From an uncultured Gammaproteobacteria bacterium (GTDB lineage: Bacteria; Patescibacteriota; Microgenomatia; Daviesbacterales; UBA10151), in NCBI GenBank assembly GCA_964392925.1, contig CAYMRP010000007.1:2214-66213 (forward strand): a stretch of DNA of 64,000 bases, given 5' to 3'. Positions 57,672-64,000 of this stretch are shown in pieces. Each line of letters opens with the position of its first letter. Within the stretch, counting starts at the first letter, position 1. Under the pieces are notes generated by a model. It made no database searches and was not told the origin of the DNA. It worked only from the letters and a program-made list of their open reading frames with translations. The position numbers were made by a program, and so were the translations under genes.

Positions 57672-57732
57672 AATGGAGGATAGTATACCAAAAATAATCT
57701 CTGGGCACAACAGATAAGGCAAGATCTAAATA

Positions 57733-58677
57733 TTAAGTTCTGCTATGCTTGTGATGCGGGTGATGGTGATCGTCTTTACCTAAAGTTCCCCAATAAACCC
57801 CAAGAACTATTAAGCATGTGCCGATGATAAAAGAGAATGAAATGCGTTCCCCTAGAAGCGGGACTGCTAGAGTTGCGGCGACTGCAGGCTCAAGGTATTG
57901 AATCATATTAGCGTGAGAAATAGGAATTTTATTTAGCCCCCAGAGAAGAAGAAAATAAGCACAAATTGAAGACAGAACAGTAATATAAATTAAGCCGAAA
58001 ATACCCAAGATGCTGACTTTAAGAACCCAATTAGGGTTTTGAATGTATTCGATTAAAGCCGGAATGGAGAAAGCGATTGTGGCTGTAAGAAAAGTGATGG
58101 CTGTTATAACAAGTGGGGAATAGATTTTAAGCATCTTTTTTAAAATCATTGAGCCTGCGACAAAGGAGATAGATGAAGCAATAATTAAGAAATTTCCGAC
58201 CAATTGTTTAGATGTGAAATTTCCGACCAGTAATAAAGGAATACCAATAACTGAGAGTGCGCCCAGAAGGCTGATTATGATGCCTACTAGATTAGCGGTA
58301 TAAATCTTTTCTTTTAGAAACCACCAGCCGCCAATAACAGAAATGACCGGAATAGACAGCTCTAAGACCGAAGCATCGATGGCGGTTGTCCTATTTAAAC
58401 CCATGTAGAAAAAGGCAATATTAACGCAGGCTACTAAAAGTCCACCAAGGATTAATTTTGGTAAATGTTCAAATTTAATCCTGATGTCTTTGGGGGCAAG
58501 ACTAAATAAGAATGGAGTAATTAAAAGACAGGCTAAACCGTATCTGAGGAATCCCAGGCTCATAAGGGGAATTTCCTGGAGGGTTATTTTGGCAAAAACA
58601 TAATTTGCCCCCCAAATTAGGTGGGCTCCGATAATTGCCAAATAGAAAATGGGTTTTTTATATATTTCTGAGTTCAA
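57733..58677 (-). CDS. EamA/DMT-family transporter with a His-rich C-terminal tail
   Basis: 314 aa; about 10 TM helices in two EamA-like halves; tail GKDDHHHPHHKHSRT. Confidence 0.7.
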   Translation of the reverse strand: MNSEIYKKPIFYLAIIGAHLIWGANYVFAKITLQEIPLMSLGFLRYGLACLLITPFLFSLAPKDIRIKFEHLPKLILGGLLVACVNIAFFYMGLNRTTAIDASVLELSIPVISVIGGWWFLKEKIYTANLVGIIISLLGALSVIGIPLLLVGNFTSKQLVGNFLIIASSISFVAGSMILKKMLKIYSPLVITAITFLTATIAFSIPALIEYIQNPNWVLKVSILGIFGLIYITVLSSICAYFLLLWGLNKIPISHANMIQYLEPAVAATLAVPLLGERISFSFIIGTCLIVLGVYWGTLGKDDHHHPHHKHSRT

Positions 58678-58751
58678 AATTTTAAATTGTTTTCTTGTTA
58701 AATTGCTAAATTGTTGAAAAACCAGATAGCTTGAAATAATTATTGCAGGTT

Positions 58752-59987
58752 TTAAGCGGGAACGGAAGCATTCTTAATTTTATTCTCAAGATCAGTGATT
58801 TTAACGGCTTCCTGAGTACGGTTGTGCAAATCTTTAAGGATGACTTCGTCTGCTGATTCAGTTTCTGATAAGCCGGTAATGACTGCAAATCTGATTCCTT
58901 TAACATCGGTATATTTTAACTGCCGTTCCATTTTGGTTGTTGGATCCATCCAGATTTCGGAATTAATCCCTGCATTTCGGAGATTTGCTAAAACACTGAG
59001 GGCCTTGGGGAGGAAATTGGCTGAGCCGACTGTCACGAGGGCATGAGTTTTAGTCAGAATTGGTTGGAGAAGATTATTGGCCTCAAGGGCTTCGACAGTC
59101 CGGTCAAAGCCGATAGCAAAACCAATTGCCGGAATATCAACGCCGGTGAATTTGCCGATCATTTTGTCATAACGGCCGCCGCCGCATAGAGATGAACCAT
59201 TAGGATCTGATCTTAAGACAACTTCCATAATAATCCCGGTGTAATAATCGAGTCCTCTAACTAAAGTTGGATCAAAAATCAAAACATTATCGGGATAGCC
59301 GGCAGCTTTAAAATCGCTGATAACTTGCGCAAGTGTTGGTGTAGGCTGCATTGATTTTATTTTACTAAGGGCGTTCGCAGCTTCAGCGCCGCTTAAGCCT
59401 TTGCCCTGAAGTTCTTTCATAACTCCATCGATACCGATTTTATTTAGTTTATCGACGGCGCTTAAGTATTTAGGATCGTATTCGGAGAGGAGACTTCTAT
59501 CGTTAATTTTAATAACAATATCGAGGCCGAGGCTTTTATAGATTTCATAAGCCAGACTGACTATTTCGGCATCAGCGATAGGGGAGGAGACACCAACAAT
59601 ATCGGCATCGCATTGCAGAAATTCACGATAACGGCCTTTTTGGGTATTTTCACCTCTGAAAGCGGGTTGAATTTGATATCTTTTGAAGGGCAATATTAAT
59701 TTTTGCTGGCCGACCGGTCCCCATTGGGCAACAACTCTGGCCAAAGGGACGGTTTGATCGTATTTTAAGGCTAAATAATCGCCGCCGTTGGTTTGGAATT
59801 TATAGATCAGCTTTTCTTCCTCGCCATATTTACCTTGTAGAGTTTCTTCGTATTCAACAGTTGGAGTTTCAATTGGATCAAAGCCGAATTTTTCAAATAC
59901 GGAAATAATCCGGTCAATAACTGCTTTTCTTTTTAGAGCATCGACTGGTAGAAAATCTCTAAAGCCTTTTGGTGTTTGTAGTTTCAT
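58752..59987 (-). CDS. hisS: Histidyl-tRNA synthetase
   Basis: 411 aa; N-terminal PKGFRDFLP; class II motifs (YQIQPAFRGE, GGGRYD); C-terminal anticodon-binding domain. Confidence 0.9.
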   Translation of the reverse strand: MKLQTPKGFRDFLPVDALKRKAVIDRIISVFEKFGFDPIETPTVEYEETLQGKYGEEEKLIYKFQTNGGDYLALKYDQTVPLARVVAQWGPVGQQKLILPFKRYQIQPAFRGENTQKGRYREFLQCDADIVGVSSPIADAEIVSLAYEIYKSLGLDIVIKINDRSLLSEYDPKYLSAVDKLNKIGIDGVMKELQGKGLSGAEAANALSKIKSMQPTPTLAQVISDFKAAGYPDNVLIFDPTLVRGLDYYTGIIMEVVLRSDPNGSSLCGGGRYDKMIGKFTGVDIPAIGFAIGFDRTVEALEANNLLQPILTKTHALVTVGSANFLPKALSVLANLRNAGINSEIWMDPTTKMERQLKYTDVKGIRFAVITGLSETESADEVILKDLHNRTQEAVKITDLENKIKNASVPA

Positions 59988-60038
59988 ATTATTACCTCCA
60001 ATATTAACAATCTTAACTATCAGTGTAAATCAGTATTG

Positions 60039-60066
60039 TTAAGGGGCAGAGCGCTCTACCCCTTAA
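60039..60066. terminator. Strong near-palindromic hairpin downstream of the minus-strand gene 60070-60657
   Basis: TTAAGGGGCAGAGCGCTCTACCCCTTAA; no clear U-tract, so terminator function is uncertain. Confidence 0.35.
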
Positions 60067-60069
60067 CGT

Positions 60070-60657
60070 TTAGTATGGCAAATAAAGTTTTGCTCCATCC
60101 TTCGCTGCCTGATAGTTCATAGTAGTCCTTCTAGTAGCTGCTTCTAAAGAAGCTGCATAGGCTTCTTGTGCAACATGCTCACTAGCTCTAACAATACTGG
60201 CTACTAATCTATTTCTAAAGCCTTCAATTCCCCTTAATTGACCAGATTCCCGAACTTGTCTTACGACTTCTGGATCGATAGGTTCGCCGAGAATTAGTTC
60301 GCCGGGTAGTGTTTCGGTCCTGGTTCTTCCAGGGATAACTAGTCTTAGAGTATCTTGCCGATCAGCTTTCAGCGGGGCTCTACGAGACCTTATAGCCATA
60401 TCAAATATGCCTCGGGCTACTAGTTCTCGAAGGGCTGGGCTGAGAAATGTTCCAAGCTCAACGCTATTGACTCGTTGCTCAGCATTTGGGATTTTAACTG
60501 CTTGGGTATTCCGATCAAACCAGATTGTTTGGTTAAAAGATCCTAGCAGATCTTTAACCGGGATCTCTGCTTTTTTTAATAAAGCTATTGTGCCGCTTCT
60601 TCCTTGATTGCGATCAGGTACTCCTATCATTAAATTCTTATTATCTATATCTCTCAT
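60070..60657 (-). CDS. Hypothetical protein (Arg-rich, higher GC than its surroundings)
   Basis: 195-aa ORF; overlaps the upstream small ORF by 1 nt. Confidence 0.45.
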   Translation of the reverse strand: MRDIDNKNLMIGVPDRNQGRSGTIALLKKAEIPVKDLLGSFNQTIWFDRNTQAVKIPNAEQRVNSVELGTFLSPALRELVARGIFDMAIRSRRAPLKADRQDTLRLVIPGRTRTETLPGELILGEPIDPEVVRQVRESGQLRGIEGFRNRLVASIVRASEHVAQEAYAASLEAATRRTTMNYQAAKDGAKLYLPY

Positions 60658-60938
60658 TAATTAACACCTCCTTCCATGATATTTTTTCTATATTTGAAGT
60701 AATTTTTATATTCATTTCCCATCATTTCAAGGCCTTTATCTGATATAAATCCTATCTGATCAACTTTACTGAGATTATCTTTTATGTACTGACTTCTTTT
60801 ATCATTTGGTACGTTCCAAGCAAGTAATGTTGGATTTCCGCCGGCTATTAAAAATGTTTCAACTTTAATTTTTTGCATAAAAAAACTCCCGTTCTCTGTA
60901 TTTAAATTGTTAAATGATGAATGGTTGCATTGCTGCAA
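60657..60938 (-). CDS. Hypothetical small protein
   Basis: 93-aa ORF; probable start at the internal MQKIKVE. Confidence 0.35.
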   Translation of the reverse strand: MQQCNHSSFNNLNTENGSFFMQKIKVETFLIAGGNPTLLAWNVPNDKRSQYIKDNLSKVDQIGFISDKGLEMMGNEYKNYFKYRKNIMEGGVN

Positions 60939-61342
60939 AAAACATCAGAACTTAAATACAAGGAACGAGAGTGTTTAAGTATCCAGTGGATATTTAAACG
61001 GGTTAACTACATTCAAGCTTTCGCAGGAATATAATATAAAAGTTAACCCTTAGGTCAAAAAAATGACCGCTCCCGCGGTCCCATCCTTGTTGATTAATTA
61101 TTTCTAACTAACCCTCTTAGTGGCGACTCCGCAGATAACTGTGACATCGTCTGTTTGATTTAACGGTTAAACTTCCGTAAGGTATTTTGACCTTCAGCTC
61201 CTGAGTCGTGACTTCAGTAAAAACGCTTGTGTGAGAATTATAATCTTTATTGAGGGGATTGTCAAAATTAAGGTATTTTCTCACGGTGTTCGAAAAATAA
61301 AAAAGTGGAAATTTTGGCTCAAGAGTTATAGAATATTGATCT

Positions 61343-62455
61343 GTGACTGAAGAAACAAAAAATTATTATGCAGTTATTTTAGCCGGGGGGTCCGGAACTC
61401 GGCTCTGGCCAGCATCAGTTAAAGCACATCCTAAACATTTACTAAAACTTCTTAATGAAAAATCTCTAATTCAAACTACTTTTGATAGGGTTGAGGGATT
61501 GTTGCCAGCCGAGAATATTTATGTGATAACAAACAAAGCTCATTCCAAAGAAGTTGAGGAGCAACTTCCGCAAATTCCAGCCGAAAATATAATAGGGGAG
61601 CCGGTGGCGAAGAATACAGCTGTGGCTATGGGAGCGGCAGCTGCAGTCATACACTCGAGAAATCCAGATGCTTCAATAATATATTTGGCAGCAGATCATG
61701 TAGTCAGGGATTTAGCCCGGTTTCATATGAATAGTTTGGCGGCTTTAAGAGTGGCTGCCAGCGGAGATTATATTGTGGCTGTCGGTATCAAACCGGAATT
61801 TCCCCATACTGGTTTGGGTTATATAAAAATAGGACAGGAATTGGAAATGCTTTCTGATGTTGCTAAAAAAGGCTTTGTTTTTAAGGGTTTGGAATTTAAA
61901 GAAAAGCCTAATATGGTGACTGCACAATCGTTTGTGGCTTCCGGACAATATCTTTGGAATGCGAATTTATATTCTTGGTCATCAAAATCTATTATGAAAG
62001 CTTTTGAAAAATATTCTCCGGATATTTCTAAAGCTGTAAATTTGATTGCTGAAAAGGCTAAGGACCATGACTTGGATGAAGTTCTAGAAGAAGCGTATTC
62101 AGAGTTAGATAATCCTAACTCGATTGATTATGAAGTTTCAGAGAAAGTTGATAATTTAGTAGTTATTCCAGGGGACTTTGGGTGGAGTGATGTGGGGGAT
62201 TGGAAAGAAGTTTATAATTTAAGGTCAAAAGATTCGAAAGGGATTGCGACTTCTGAGGAGTCAGAAGTTATAAATGTAAATAGTGAGAATGTGTTAGTTG
62301 ATGCGGGTAAAAAATTAGTGGCTTTAGTTGGGGTTGAAGATCTAATAGTTATAGATACTGGAAATGCGCTGCTGATTGCGAAGAATGATGCGACTCAGGA
62401 TGTGAAGAAAGTTGTTGAGAAATTAAAAGAACAAGAGAAAAAAGATTTCTTGTAA
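61343..62455 (+). CDS. manC: Mannose-1-phosphate guanylyltransferase-like nucleotidyltransferase
   Basis: 370 aa; N-terminal YAVILAGGSGTRLWPAS is the sugar-nucleotidyltransferase signature; no C-terminal cupin/isomerase domain. Confidence 0.75.
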   Translation: MTEETKNYYAVILAGGSGTRLWPASVKAHPKHLLKLLNEKSLIQTTFDRVEGLLPAENIYVITNKAHSKEVEEQLPQIPAENIIGEPVAKNTAVAMGAAAAVIHSRNPDASIIYLAADHVVRDLARFHMNSLAALRVAASGDYIVAVGIKPEFPHTGLGYIKIGQELEMLSDVAKKGFVFKGLEFKEKPNMVTAQSFVASGQYLWNANLYSWSSKSIMKAFEKYSPDISKAVNLIAEKAKDHDLDEVLEEAYSELDNPNSIDYEVSEKVDNLVVIPGDFGWSDVGDWKEVYNLRSKDSKGIATSEESEVINVNSENVLVDAGKKLVALVGVEDLIVIDTGNALLIAKNDATQDVKKVVEKLKEQEKKDFL

Positions 62456-62457
62456 GA

Positions 62458-63171
62458 TTATTTAATTCTTTGAATTGGCCCTTTAGGTTCGTCTTTTGTA
62501 TAGTCAAATGGAAGTTTGAACGGTGTACAAGTGCTTCCTGTAGAAAATGCGAATTGTTTTAAAACACTATCTCGGTATTTCTGTTCCTTTATGGCCCAGT
62601 TTATAGCCCCACCAGATATCACTTCAGCCATCCAAACACTAGTAACGTCTTTTCTACGAAGATTCGTTACTACGACTTCAATAGCGGCTTTGAAAGGTTC
62701 GCCAGCTTCAATTTCACGCAAAGCACGAGACTCTTGGAAAGGGGCTATTCGTTTTGTTGCTGGGTTTGAGAAGACTCTGTTCGCTCGGGATTGATCAGAT
62801 GAACAGTTTGACCAATCTTTCAATAAGTTGCCGTTACGGTGAAAAGCATCCTGCATTTCAGATAACAGACGGCTTTCAGGCTCTACAAGAGCAGCAATTA
62901 AAACTTCAGGAACGTTATTGCCACTGTAAAAAACTCTTTGTGAAGCCTCGCTCGGTTTTTGTAATTCAGTAGAAGTTGGTTCTGTAGACTTATTAGGAGC
63001 GGGTTGGGTAGATTCGTGTGGTACTTTGTTGGCTAAAATTCCGATAATAGATGTAACTGTGAGAAGACTTGCGGCAAGTAAAGCTCCATCAACTGCAGAC
63101 AATCTCCTGCTAGAAGCTGGCAAACTATCTCGAGTTGTAACAGGTCTTCTTCTTTCTGCTTGTGCGGTCAT
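62458..63171 (-). CDS. Hypothetical membrane-anchored protein
   Basis: 237-aa ORF with one N-terminal TM segment. Confidence 0.45.
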   Translation of the reverse strand: MTAQAERRRPVTTRDSLPASSRRLSAVDGALLAASLLTVTSIIGILANKVPHESTQPAPNKSTEPTSTELQKPSEASQRVFYSGNNVPEVLIAALVEPESRLLSEMQDAFHRNGNLLKDWSNCSSDQSRANRVFSNPATKRIAPFQESRALREIEAGEPFKAAIEVVVTNLRRKDVTSVWMAEVISGGAINWAIKEQKYRDSVLKQFAFSTGSTCTPFKLPFDYTKDEPKGPIQRIK

Positions 63172-63215
63172 ATGTATATTCTATAGGATACTATTTAAGT
63201 TGTCAAATATTTTTA

Positions 63216-63953
63216 TTAACGTGCTTTTATTGAGGCAGAAGGAGAGGCGGATTTGATTGTAGAAGTTTTTTCAGAGGGCTTGATAAAGCCGGGAGCAGGG
63301 ATGAAATATATAAAACGAGCTCGGAGAGTGCCATCTTTTTGAGGAACAGCGCGAGCAAGTAAATGCTGCTCGACTTTAGCATCGGCAAAAGAGGCTTCGT
63401 TATTGCCGAGGAAATAATTTGTTTGAGCATTAGTTACCAAGCTTTTTATTTCGCCATCTTTCGATTTAATGGTTATTGTTGAGCCTTGAGATTTTTGAAT
63501 TTGACCCCAAATTAGTTGAGCCGAATTAGAAGCATAATTATCCAGGTATACCAGTTGTTGGGTAACTAAATAATTTTTGTCATCAACGTCTCCCAGGGCG
63601 GCGATTTTATCGCCTTCTTCTAAAGTGTCAATTTTAATTTCTTTGTTTTTAGCACCAATAATTTTAGTGAATTCGTCAAACTTAATGGTTTTAGTAGTAT
63701 CTAACATTTGAAGAGTAATTTCTGAGCCACTGATTGAAATAATTGAACCAATAAAAGCTTTGTTTTGAACTTTTTTATTGACTTCGTTTTTAATCTCTGC
63801 AGCTTTTGAGGCTATATCATTCTTTAGATCAGTTAGTTTTTGCATTAATGTTCCGGACTGACTTGATTCCTGAGCATATAAAGGTGCAGGGTTGAGCGTA
63901 AGGGCAATAGTTAGCGCCCAGATTAGAATCAGTAAACCTGTAATCTTTTTCAT
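63216..63953 (-). CDS. Secreted hypothetical protein
   Basis: 245 aa; signal peptide MKKITGLLILIWALTIALTLNPAPLYAQE. Confidence 0.5.
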   Translation of the reverse strand: MKKITGLLILIWALTIALTLNPAPLYAQESSQSGTLMQKLTDLKNDIASKAAEIKNEVNKKVQNKAFIGSIISISGSEITLQMLDTTKTIKFDEFTKIIGAKNKEIKIDTLEEGDKIAALGDVDDKNYLVTQQLVYLDNYASNSAQLIWGQIQKSQGSTITIKSKDGEIKSLVTNAQTNYFLGNNEASFADAKVEQHLLARAVPQKDGTLRARFIYFIPAPGFIKPSEKTSTIKSASPSASIKAR

Positions 63954-64000
63954 ATCTCTTCCTCCGAATAGTAAACTGATTTTATAACTGTCTTGCTGTT

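Noticed and set aside
60070-60657. Tentative identification of the 195-aa protein next to hisS as HisG (ATP phosphoribosyltransferase) or a HisZ-like regulator
   Set aside because: No HisG or HisZ signature motifs could be matched by eye. Left as hypothetical.
1-64000. Possible UGA recoding (genetic code 4 or 25), as seen in some candidate phyla
   Set aside because: The conserved prfA gene ends with TGA and several other ORFs end cleanly at TGA. Only RF1 is in this window, but there is no sign of in-frame TGA read-through in conserved genes.
1-64000. CRISPR array or cas genes
   Set aside because: No regularly spaced direct repeats of 24-48 nt found on reading. The only tandem repeats are the heptamer at 51137 and coding repeats inside genes.

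Overview
This is a 64 kb, AT-rich, gene-dense bacterial chromosomal segment. I saw no rRNA genes and no CRISPR array. It uses the standard genetic code: TGA terminates the conserved prfA gene, and TAA and TAG terminate others.

Conserved housekeeping genes are interspersed with many lineage-specific hypothetical proteins. The housekeeping set is rpsF-ssb-rpsR, prmC-prfA, rpmE, hisS, ychF, htrA, a ctpA-like S41 peptidase, a fused otsA-otsB, a manC-like guanylyltransferase, an L,D-transpeptidase, Hsp20, and a PIF1/RecD-like helicase. Several features together suggest, as an inference only, a small-genome Patescibacteria/CPR-like organism: ribosomal proteins with low-complexity tails, weak or absent Shine-Dalgarno sequences, leaderless promoters, secreted dockerin proteins, and a general lack of biosynthetic genes.

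The regions that look most unusual are:
1. A 102-nt type-II tRNA (4513-4614) with an over-long anticodon arm, lying between a consensus sigma70 promoter and a strong terminator.
2. A pair of near-identical 22-nt direct repeats with a promoter-like downstream half (21333 and 30681). They bracket a 9.3 kb module encoding two P-loop kinases, an alpha/beta hydrolase, a 1290-aa protein with a C-terminal MoxR-like AAA+ domain whose Walker A and Walker B are substituted, and a 1071-aa transglutaminase-like/Q-rich/VWA protein.
3. An integrative-element-like segment (about 30.7-36.1 kb) that ends in an HTH/excisionase-like gene and a large serine recombinase whose 3' end overlaps the start of ychF.
4. 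A fic gene preceded by three tandem inverted-repeat operators.
5. A cluster of four secreted proteins carrying dockerin repeats (37.2-49.7 kb). Three of them share a distinctive conserved N-terminal signal.
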